Origin: Basidiobolus meristosporus CBS 931.73
Taxonomy: Eukaryota > Fungi > Basidiobolomycota
Direction of reading: 5' to 3'
Assembly: GCA_002104905.1 (NCBI GenBank)
Contig: MCFE01000345.1
Coordinates: 26,260-90,259 of the forward strand
DNA: 64,000 nt
In this document: positions 26,346-37,900 of the stretch, in pieces
Layout: the number at the start of each line of letters is the position of its first letter
Numbering within the stretch: position 1 is the first letter of the stretch
The notes under the pieces: generated by a model
What the model was told of the DNA's origin: nothing
Database searches by the model: none
Seen by the model: the letters and a program-made list of their open reading frames with translations, nothing else
Made by a program: the position numbers and the translations under genes

Positions 26346-27926
26346 TCTTTTTCACACTCTTTACTTCCTGATAACCATTTCTCTTACTTTTCATGCATAC
26401 AAATTGCTGTATTTCCTTCAAACTTCAGCTGTACCCCAATTGCCAATTGTATTGACCTTACAAGTCCCTATACCCTACACTAACATTAAGCCCAACCCCA
26501 CACTCAACAAGTAACTTCTTTAGAATCCAGCACTCAATTAGTATTTCTACTGTAACACTCTGGTTCCACAACTTTGGCAGGAACCCAACAGCTTTATGCC
26601 ACTGTTCATTCACTGGTTCCCACACATTGTGGTGTTTAGCTGGCACTGCAAGGTCTAGCACCTCATCTGCCAGTCTTTGCAATAAAACCTTGCAATATTC
26701 CAGTGCATTTTCTTGAGTACTCCTCTTGAAGAAGTACTGCAACCTCTTGGTATACCTATTAATGCACTAAAGTTCCACTGAAGGCATTGAGATAGTCTTT
26801 CAAGCTCTTGACATTGTAGCCTTGTCTGTCAGTGGGATCTCCACTCTGTCAATAATGGAGGATGTGGAGGCTGTGGTAGACAAATTGCCTTTTTCAGCAA
26901 ACTCATTTACCTTGCTGAAGTGTGGCACAACTGGCTGTGCTTCCAACTCTTGTGAAAATAGCTGTTTTCTTGTTGGTAGTTCTTCTTGGCTATGATGGGA
27001 TTCAGTCTGTTCCAGGCTTGCAGCATTGATTGGCATGAGCTGCAGTTGTTTTGATATGCCTCCCTGTCTCAGGCTTTGGTAGACATTTTCCCTTTACCTT
27101 TTCCTTTATCACTACCAGGTCTTTCACTGCTATTTTGTCTGAGATCTTCTTGTAAAGAACTACATTTTCTCCTTGATGAATTCTGCCCTGATGCATCTGT
27201 TCTGGCCTGCTTGGCCCATGCTAGCACTCTTCTGGCAACCTGGCGTTTCTTTTCTGCTTGTTTTCAGCTCTCAGCTATAGTTGTGACATGCTCCTGTAAA
27301 AGCTGCTAGTTTTTACCACTGCCATGTCCTTCACTGCTACTTTGACTGAGTGCTTCTTGAGTGGTACTATGCCTTTTCCTTGATAACTGTTGTGCTAGTG
27401 CATCCATGTCTGCCTGCTTGTCCCTAATTGGCACTCTTCCAGCTACCTGACATCTCTTTGATGCTTGTCTGGAGCTTTTGGCCCTGCTTGTAACAGGCTC
27501 CTGAGGAAGCTGCTGGTTTTTAGCATGACACCCTTATTCTTCTGCCTTTGATAGTTTCTGCTACTCTTAAAATACTTTCTTAGCATACCAATGCTGGTCC
27601 AGAATCTGTTTGCTGGTTTGAATCCAGGATAATGCTCATGGATCAAGTCAACTGCACACCACTTGTCCTTGAGTTCCTGATGGTCTCATGGTATGTCTGC
27701 CTTAAGGTGATGGTGTGTTAGACTTCTGAGAGCTTCTTGATTATTAGCTCATTCTTCATTATTGCACCCAACAGCTTCATGGATCTTCAGTGTCTTTTGA
27801 CTTTTAGGCTTTGGTACAAACACCATATTGTCTCCCTCTTATGCTGTGATAGGTTTTTCTGTGGGCTTTGTCTTTGGGCACTGTTGTTGTACTTCAAAGA
27901 CTGTACAGTGTTTCTCTGGTGTTACA

Positions 27927-29135
27927 TATCTGGCACTGTAATTAATTATTAGCCCTAAAGTAAGATCACTACAAAACACTTATAGCATGGTGGTAGGGTA
28001 AGCATACCTCCCACAGACAAGTTTACTCATACAGTCATTATGATATACTTATACATACTTTATCTTATCAGTATTATCCCATTCTTCTTTTGCCCATATT
28101 ATCAGTATTATCCCCATATGATGTTTAACCTGATTAGTTATTAGCATTAGTTATCCCGGATGTTATTCAGCTTTGTGATCAGTATATGTATCTACATAAG
28201 GCAAGTACCCGCGTCAGTACCCATGAAACATGACCTAAGTCTGTGTTACCATCCCTACCATTTTAATACCATATATGGTATTTCTATGTTACACAGGCTT
28301 CAGACTACTGATTCCTGATTGGTTGAATGTGCTGTGCCTTTTAGAACCTTCCAGGACATTCTTGGCATATTTTTAGCTCATAGTGATGTCATCAAGAATT
28401 CCACTGATACCTAGAATCTTCTAGAACCTTGTCATTAGTAATCACTTGGCAATCAGGAAAAGTATTTAAGGGAAAGCAATCCCTCATCAATAAATCATCC
28501 CTTCTATCAGTAACACTTCTACCTTATTGATTAGCAGTTGATCACTGCACCTGCCTTCAACAGTACATCTCAGACCTGCCATCAAGGAGCTTTTCAGGGT
28601 AGTGCACAAGACACACAGAGGCCTTTGGAGACACTTGGAGCACCTAGGAAGCTAGAGAAGCAGGAGCTTTTACCATAGTGACATATTGACAAAGACACCA
28701 GCAGTTTAGACACAGAGGTTATTGCACCCATCAGACACCTCACACACCTTGAGTTGTGTAGCTTCTCCCAGGAGTACCTCTACACCACCACAGCACCAGA
28801 TAGTACCAGTGGACCAAGATAGTGCCATGCACTTTTATGGCATGTTACAAGCCACAGGAGCTAGATTTAGAGTGCCATGGATATTGAGTACCAGATGCAT
28901 ATCTTCAGTTCTTCTCTGCTCTTACACATCCTGCACAATATTGATCCACAAAAAAGCATTGAAAATATATTTTTTCCTGCATCTTAGGTGAAACACAGGG
29001 GCTGCTTTGTGTGAAGATGCAGAGCTATATTTCACACTCTGTGGCCAAGTATAGGTATACTTGGCCACTATGACATACTATGGCATCATTTGGCAATCAT
29101 GGCTCAATGTGGCACTATCCAACAGAACAAGTCTA
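27927..29135 (+). mobile_element. Non-autonomous ~380-bp Helitron-like repeat, copy 1, split by an 805-bp LTR-like insertion
   Basis: 5' TATCTGGCAC and 3' GGCACTATCCAACAGAACAAGTCTA; homologous to 29615-29965, 33359-33739 and 33740-34071. No TSD. The class assignment is an inference. Confidence 0.6.
27988..28792 (+). mobile_element. Solo LTR-like element, family X copy 1
   Basis: TGGTGGTAGGG...TACACCACCACA with CCAAT-like, TATA-like and AATAAA signals in LTR order. Flanked by GCA/GCA. Homologous to 35935-36998. Confidence 0.75.
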
Positions 29136-29614
29136 TTGACCAAAAAGTAATATAATAGCGTAATATTATTGAAGGTCAAACTGTTTGCCCCATGGACAAG
29201 GCTACTATGACTCAATACCATAAGAGAAGAGAAAAAAGACCATGTGGCTATTGTGGCAAGCCTCACAGCCATGAAGCATGCAGAGAGCATAGGAAGTATT
29301 ACAAGAATCACAGCCAGTCTTTTGCAACACAGGTCATGTCTGACCATTCATTGGTCACTGCTATACCATCATTATCTTGCTGGCCAGTTGATACTTCAAT
29401 ATTGGCACCTGGCCATCTTTGTCACCTTGCACTAGCTGAGTCAGGTGAGTTTGTGATGCCTTTAGGCTAACCTCTGCCTTCTGAGTTTGGCATGCAGAGT
29501 GATAGCTCTGAAAAAAAAAAGTTCACTGATGGAATTTGAGTCTATCTCCCCTGACAATGGTTCAACATATGAGCCCAGTCAATTCCCTATATGCAATGAG
29601 ACAACGCCTGTTGA

Positions 29615-29965
29615 TAGTTATAGTGCAAGATAGTCCCATTGGACCAAGATAGTGCCATGCATTCTTGTGACATGTTACAAGCCACAGGGGCTAGATTCAG
29701 AGTGCCATGGGTATTGAGTACCAGATGCATGTGTTCAGTCCTTTTGTGCTCTTACACATCCTTCACAGCATTAACCTAAAAAAAAGGTCAGAAAATGGAT
29801 TTTCTCCAACACAATGGGTGAAACACAAGGGCTGCTTTGCATGAAGATGCAGAGCTATTTTTCACACTCTGAGGCCAAGTAAAGGTTCACTTGGCCTCTC
29901 TGGCACACTATGGCATCATTTGGCACTCATGGCTCAATCTGGCACTATCCACAGAACAAGTTTAA
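29615..29965 (+). mobile_element. Helitron-like repeat, copy 2 (5' truncated)
   Basis: Interrupts transposase sequence GACAACGCCTGTTGA / TACCAAGGATACT and ends CAAGTTTAA before T. Confidence 0.6.
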
Positions 29966-32900
29966 TACCAAGGATACTTTATGGAGCCAAGCAAACCCAG
30001 TAAACCATTTACTGGTTAATGCTGTGATGCTATGGCTAGAGAAGTGGCATGTTTCCACTAATATCAGTAATGGAGGTTTTGAGGATTTATTAGTACTTCT
30101 TGCCAAAATCCTACTGGGATGCAACTTACCATGTACATGGCACAAGTGGACAACCATCATATGGCTAGAAACATATGATCCAGAGACTGTACTGATTCCA
30201 GCATGTGTTAACAGTTGCATGGCATTCACAATGTGTCCAAGTTGTCAGTAATCCACTACCATTGAGTGAAACATTATTCACTCTCTGGATATATTCTGGA
30301 CATACCCTGTCTGAGGAAGCTGATACAGTCTGACAAATATTACAAAGCTATACAGTACTGCTCTCAGTATCAATCAAGCGCAAACATATCCAATATATTT
30401 GATGGGAAACATTACAAACAGCTACAAAGTAAGGGCTACTTTGAAGGTATGTATTATCATGCCTTTGCCTTAGCACTTGATGGATTCTCATTAAACAAGT
30501 ACTCTACTAGCAAATCCCGCTGGCCACTGATTCTCATCAATCTGAATCTGCCTCCCATACTATGATATCTGTGTAATAGTCTGATGGTAGTCTCACTGGT
30601 ATCTGGGCCTAAATCTCTGTCCAACCTGGATAGCTACCTGTATACATTGCTTGATGAACTTAGTATGCTTTCCAGTGGGATAACAGTGAATGGCTGTCAT
30701 GTCAAAGCACATATTATTATTAGCAATGAAGACACCCAGGAATCAGCAAGATAGCAGGTTTTTCTAGGCACAATGGATGGTATTGCTGCCAAATGTGCAA
30801 GATCTAGGGGATTTACTCCATAACTCACACAGATTATTACTACCCAAACACCTGCACAAAGACCATCATCTTTCCACAGTGATCACATACAGAAGTCAGC
30901 ATGCAATTGCAGCAAACTTGGAAAGCTAAAAGCCCTTGGCCAGAATATGGAATCAATTGGAAGCTGGAGATACTTAAGATAGAGGGTATCTGTTGGCCAA
31001 TAGCTTTCCACTGGGAGTAATACACTTGCTTCTCAACAATATCCCTATACTGATGACCAAGTTGTACATGAGGTATTTCAAGCTAAATGAGCCCTTCAAG
31101 ACACCAGAGAAATTTGAAAGATTTGGCAAGATATTACAGAGTATCTGCTACCCTAAGTACTTCTCACAGGCTCCAATTATTATTCATACATATATGTAAC
31201 AATACAAATGCAAAGACCAGATGAACTGATATGTATGCATTCAAGTAGCATTCCAAAGCCATTCCTACCAAGAGTTTTGGAAGCATTGGGAGTCATATGT
31301 GGACATTGTAGGGATATTTATCTAGAAGCAGATCACCAATGCCAACTTGATGCATCTACAGCTGTTGTGCAAGGAGTTTGTGCTGGGATTTCTGTGGCTA
31401 TACTACATACATAAAGCTGAACATGTAGATCTCTGCAGCTACTGTATCTACTGTCTACTTCATCTTGCATGGTTTGTGGAGAATATTGGACCTTGCTTCA
31501 CATTATGGGAGTTTCCTATAGAGTGGATGTGTGGGGAGATAGGAAGACAAGTCAGATTGCAGGTACTACCATATCCTAATTTCATAAAGAATATTACCTT
31601 CAAGTCTGTCATAGTTGGGATGAGTTGGCACTTGGAGTACAGCAAGGAAGAGTTGGAAAATACTGAGGATAAATATGCAAATGGAGACACCTATGCCTAT
31701 GGCATTAAGAAGCTAAGTAGCCCTAAGGCATAGGTAATCAGTTGAGTAATGCAAAGTTGGGTTGGGTGCAACAAGCCACTGATTTCTATTAGGAAAGCTC
31801 TACCATGGTATGATGGATTTCTCTTGGTCACAAGCAAACTTCTACACCATTCAATACTGAATTCACACAAACAAAAGCCACAGCACACCTATAAGGGGGA
31901 CTAGAATTTGCAAGAGAGAAGGAATATATTGGCTAAATACCAAGAGGTTCTGTGTGGATATTCAGGAGATATTCATGACAGAAGTGGCAACAGTCAACCA
32001 TATGTTTGCAAAATGTATATGTTACCAGCAATACATGATATATTGCAACTTTGCAAGTATCACACTAAAAAGCTTTAATGCCAAGGTGATAGAAGTATGT
32101 AAATTGCTGCAGGTGTGTGTGTTTGTTGAGGTTAGTAAGCAGGAGGCCATAGTTTTTTTTTGATATGAACTATATGTGGAACACCCAAGGTAGTAGTGGG
32201 TAAGCAAATAAACAGGGGTGATTCTACAGTGGGATAAATGAATTGCACCAGAGGAGGTAGAAAAAGAAAATACCATTTGGTAAACTGGTACAGTAGATTA
32301 TACAGAACCAGTTTTAGGCTGTCATACTGCCAATGTAATGCCATCAGAGTCTTGCTGTGAGGCTGTTAAAGTACTGTACAGTTACTTGCCATATGAGACA
32401 ATTGGATGTCCTGGCTGGCTGGACCCACTTATAATAGTTGTAGAGCACTAAAAGACCGCAACAATACCATATAATTTTTGTTGCAGCACCAATTAAATCT
32501 TATCAAGTTTTTTCCCTATACTTGGTAGTAAAATTAGCAAAACACTGATGTGCTCCAGTTCAAAGATTGTCAAGAGGGTTACTAATTCCAAGCTGATGGT
32601 ATTATGACAGTCTCTTGAGTGGATCCTAATGGTTGATCTGGATTGGATCCACCTGCAGGACCAAATTATTTTTCTTATTGGGCAGGGCTCCATCCAAAAA
32701 AAGCCATGTTGTCAGTGACAGTGCAATGATGAAGAGTGGGCTAATACTCAAGAAGTCTAGCACAGCATTATCCTAGGACCAGCATACCAAGGTACCATCT
32801 GGAATCCAAGGCAAAGAAAAATGTGCTTGATGTGTACTTTGAGCATTAACCTGATTCCAACAAGCAAAGGGATGTTGGACCAGCATTGATGTGCCAAGAA

Positions 32901-33358
32901 AGTATCCCAAGAGTAGCCAATATTATAAAAGACCAAATCTAATGGGTGCCACAGCAAAAAACCAGCAGCATCCTCAAGAGCACATCAGAAGCAAGGCCAA
33001 AAGCTCCCAGCAAGCAGCAAATAAATGTTAGGTTCCTAGAAGAGTGCCAGTAAGGGTCAAACAGGCAGAAATGAATGCACCAAAGCCACTTTAATCATGC
33101 AAAATGCAAAGTTGCACTCTGCAAGTACTCAGTCACAGTAGCAGTGAAGGATCTGGCACTAATAAAAGCCAACAGCTTTTTCAGGGGCTCATCACAATCA
33201 GGGCTTAAAGCTTAAAGCAAGTATTAAAGAAGCATCTAGTTGCTGAGAGAGCACTGGTAAGGAACAAACATGCAGGTGGATTCTACCTGGGTCTGCCATG
33301 AGGATCCTGTGATGAGTCCATCACAATGCTGATAGCTTGCAATTAATGACCCTCTACA

Positions 33359-33739
33359 ATAGACTTGCTCCATTGCATTGTGCCACATTGAGCCATGAGT
33401 GGCATATGATGCCATAGTGTGCCAGAGAGGCCAAGTAAACTTATACTTGGCCACAGAGTGAGAAACATAGCTCTTCATCTTCATGCAAAGCAGCTCCTGT
33501 GTCTCACCCATTGTGCTAATGGAAATCTATTTTTTGACATTTTTTTGGATCAATGTTTTGCAGGATGTGAAAGAGCACAAAAGGATTGAAGACATATATC
33601 TAGTACTCAATACCCATAGCACTCAGAATCCAGCTCCTGTGGCTTGTAACATGCACAAAAATGTATGGCACTATCTTGCACTATAAGTGCCTTATATAGG
33701 TTTTACTTTAGGGCTAATATTTAAATATAGTACCAGATA
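33359..33739 (-). mobile_element. Helitron-like repeat, copy 3 (apparently complete, 381 bp)
   Basis: Reverse strand reads TATCTGGTACTATA...GGCACAATGCAATGGAGCAAGTCTAT, followed by T. Confidence 0.65.
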
Positions 33740-34071
33740 GTACCAGTGGACCAAAATAGTGCCATGCATTTTTGTGACATGTTACAAGTCACAGGAGCTA
33801 GACTCAGAGTGCCATGGATATTGAGCACTACATGCATGTCTTCAATCTTTTTGTGCTCTTACAAATCCTGCATAATATTGATCCAAAAAAGGTCACAAAA
33901 TGGATTTTCTCCAATACAATGGGTGAAACACAGGGGCTGCTTTGCATGAAGATGAAGAGCAATATCCCCCACTCTGTGGCCAAGTTTAGGTCTGCTATGC
34001 CTCTCTGGTACCCAATGGCAATATTTGGCACTCATGGCTCAATGTGATACTATCCAACAGAAAAAGTCTTA
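33740..34071 (+). mobile_element. Helitron-like repeat, copy 4, head-to-head with copy 3
   Basis: Colinear with copies 1 and 2 from GTACCAGTGGACC to AAAAAGTCTTA. Confidence 0.6.
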
Positions 34072-34932
34072 TGAATCACAAAAACATGCCTTCTGCTTAC
34101 TAACCTCTAAATACATGTGAATCCACTGCAATTGACATACTTCTCTCCCCTCAACTATACAACTCTTTGGTGGAATACCTGCAGAGTTGTCATATAACTT
34201 GTATTGCTGGTAGCATATACATCTTGCAAACATATGCTCAATTACCACCACTTTTGTCATGAATACCTCCTGGATATCCACAAAGAGCTATTTGGTATTC
34301 AGGAAATATATCCCTCCTCCCTGGGGTATTCAAGTCCCCCTTGTAGGTGTACTCCAGCTCTTGTTTGTGTATATTCCATATTGAATGGTGTAGTAACTGG
34401 CTTGTAACCAGGTATTCCTTGGTAAAGTTGCCCTACTAAAGAATAGTTGCTTGTTGTGCCCAACCCAACTTTGTGTTACTTAACTGATTACCCCTGCATT
34501 GGGGCTGCTTAGCCCCTTAATGCCAATGTTATAGGTGCTGGCAGAGATAGGAAGATAAGTCAAGTTACAAGTACTTCTCTGTCCCATTTTTTTAAGAATA
34601 TTACCATCAAGTGTGGCACAAATGAGATGAGTTGGCATATGTGCAACAGCCAGGAAGAATTGCAAAGTTCAGTGCGGAGGTGTAGATGGAGGCATCTATG
34701 CATTTGGATTACAAAGCTAAGCAGTCCCAATGCATAGGCAATCAGTTAAGTGAAGCCAGGTTGCTTTGGATGCTACAAGCATGAGACTTTTATTTGGTCA
34801 ACTATGCAAAAGTATTTTTGATATGCCAGGTCATGATCCTTTCAATAAGCAGTTGACACAAATAAGTACCAGAATGCAACTTTGGTGGGATTGTTATCAG
34901 CAAGGAGATGAAATATGTTAGCTTAGTATAGG

Positions 34933-37900
34933 TGTTGCAATATAAGAAGTGATTTGGATATAAGAAACTTATCAAGATATGGTAATAATAGTTGTATTGT
35001 TGTTTATTCATAAAGAGGATTAGTATTTATACCTTTGTAGAAGTAATACAGTTATAACACTAAGTTAGGAGGGTTTCTTAACATTCAGGAGCATTCTGTA
35101 CCAGTTCCAGGGTTAGTACATAATGTTTGGTGCAAAGCGTTAGTTTGATCTTCACTATAGGGGCATAATCATAGCATCATAGATGTGAAGAAACTGACAA
35201 AGTTAGGGCTGCAAATAAGTTCTAGACTGACCAAGACTAGTCTGGAATTGCCAAGTAAATTTTTAGCTGCTGAATGATACCAAATAGTCCAGTATTTCAA
35301 CACTCCCCTCAACTAAATAATTTCTTTATCCTAATTCCTCTCTCAGATTCTCAAATTGTGGTCTAGCTAGCAGTTTTGTCAATATATCTGACACCATTTG
35401 TCTGTTGGACAGTAAACCAGTTCTACTAAGCTATTTTCTACAGTTTCCCTCACAAAGTGGTGTTGCATATCTTTGTACTTGGTTCTGGCATGATTAGTAG
35501 AATTCCTAGCTAATGCAACATAACTTTGATTAACTTTGTAAATACATGTTGGCTCATCTAAATTAAAGCCTTAATCATTGAATAATTTCCATAGCTATAT
35601 AGCCTCCTTATTTGCTTGGCAAGCAGCCATATATTCAGCTTCAGTTGCAGATAGGGCCACAGTTAGTTGTTTCTTGCAATTCCAAGCAATAGCTGCACCA
35701 GCATCAAGAAATACATACCTAGTGGTAGAGTGTCTGTCAATCAGGTCTCTACCCCAATCAGAATCACTATAACTATTGGATTTCTACCTATTAGCTGCTC
35801 CAGAGTATTCCAGTACCATATTTATGGTACCTTGTAGATATCTGAAAATCCACTCAACTGCTGCAACTTAATCTGATCCATAATTCTGCATGAGTTGACT
35901 GACTATTCCAACTGCTACTGCAATATCAGATCATTGTGGTGGTGTATAAGTCCAAGGGAGAGATACTTCCAACACTTCTCAAATGTTTTGTGTGGGGGGT
36001 TTTTGCTGAGTGTAATAACCTCTGGCAAAAGCTTGCTAGGAATACTTGGGTTCTGTCTCTAATCTGATGTGATGGGGAACAAAGACACAAGCTTGTTAAG
36101 GGAAAACTATTCAGCTACAATCCCCAACTTAGTTGGCATCCTAACCAAAGTATGTGCTGGGTTCAGCATCCTTTGAGATGACAATGTACTAAAGCTCCCA
36201 AAGTCAAAACAACTGTAAACTCCACTAGCAGGGACTTGATAAGAATGCAGCTGTGGTCAATAGTTACAAAGACAGAAAGGTATCTTTGTCTGTACAAGAA
36301 CAAACTTGGGGAAGAATCAAATATGATAAATGATACCTACTCTGAGTATTCCTCACAAGTAGTGCCTGCAAGGTCAGTTGGCTGTCAGCACAGTTTCCTG
36401 GGAGTGTCCTGTGGTTGGAAGGTCAGGTAGCAGCAGGTAGCAGTCATCACACCAATTAGCAAGATGGTATATTGATAAAAGGGATGATGATTTATTGTTG
36501 AGGGATAGCCTCCCTTATATACCCTTTTACTAGCTAAGTGATTACTAATCATGGTGTTCCACAAGGTTCCAGATATCAATAGAAATCCTGATGACATCAG
36601 AATGACCTAAGAATGTTATAAGTAGGTGCCAGTAGATTCCAAGAGGCACAAAACATCCAACCAATCAGGAGTCAGTACTCTGAAACTTGTGTTATATAGA
36701 GATACCATATATGGTATTGAGATGGTAGGGATGGTGACACAGGCTGATTGTGTGTCACAGGTACTAGCGTGGGTACTTGCCTAATATAGAAGTACTTATA
36801 GCTTGTAATCTTACATAAAGTGAGGGGTAACTGATGCTATAAGGTAAGCAGCAGTGATAGTTAGCCAGCTTATGGGATAGTACAGATCAAGTAAGACAAT
36901 TGGGATAAAACTAAAATAAGGGTAGTAGCAAAATAGGGAAGTAGATAATATAGGAATGAGCACATCTGTCAGTTGGTGTCACTGTGACCCCACTACAACA
37001 TGTAGACACCATCAAGTGCATCAGGCTACCAACCATTGATTTATAGGGGAAGCTTTGGTCCATATTGGAGCCATTTTCACCTAAAACTGGCTGAGATTTG
37101 CTCAATTTTAGATTATTGTACATAGGGGTAGCTGCAGGCTTGCAACTTGACATTTTGAATCATCTGAGAATGTCCCTAATGTACTTGGACTGATTCAGCG
37201 CAATCTTCTGTGTAGGTATGTCAAAATTCACTTCAAATCCAAGAAAATAGCTCAATTTTCCAGACCCTTTTTGAGCTGCTTCACATATATACTATGATCT
37301 GCAGTGCTACAAATAAACCCAATCTCCTCTAGATATGAGTCAATCTTGTTATACCATGCTCTAGGTGCCTACTTAAGCCCATACAAAAATTTCCTAAGTC
37401 TGCAAACCTTATGAGGGCCTTTTGAGTTGGTAAAGCTTTCTGGTTGATCCATATATACAGTTTCTTGCAAATCCTCATTTAGAAAGACTGTTTTGAAGTT
37501 CAATTGGTGTATATCTAGACTGTGTACAGCTGCCAGGGTTAGAACTGTCCTAATGGAGTCAAGCTTTGCAACTAGAGCAAATGTCTCCTTAAAGTTTCTT
37601 CCATGGATCTGGGAGTAGCCTTTAGCCACTAATTAAGCCTTGTACTTATCAATGGTACCACTAGAGGTTATCTTGATCTTGTAGACCCATCTATATCCTA
37701 TTGGCTTTCTCTCATTTGGTAAATCTACCAGTTCCCACATTTTTGCTTTGATCAGTGACTAGTACTCCCCTGGCATGGCTTGATGTCACATAGTAGCATC
37801 TGGACTTTGCATTGCCTGTTCCAGATTCTGAGGTTTGGCACATAAGGCACAAAAAGCTTCTTCATGACCATTGGATGTCTGCCGCCAGGATCCAGGGGCA

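Larger units (their letters stand above)
21394..32682 (+). mobile_element. CACTA/En-Spm copy with both termini, inverted, nested in an older copy
   Basis: Ends CCCTATGGAAAA at 21394 and TTCTTATTGGG at 32682. Flanks GCAACAGGCA and CAGGGCT rebuild host GCAACAAGCAGGGCT with a 2-bp duplication CA. ORF2 remnants (-) at 26400-27927 and transposase remnants (+) at 29190-32000. Confidence 0.88.
32683..34932. mobile_element. Mosaic of CACTA family fragments in both orientations
   Basis: ORF2 remnants 32683-33240, left-subterminal sequence 33270-33358, transposase 3' region minus 34072-34535 then plus 34535-34932. Confidence 0.7.
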
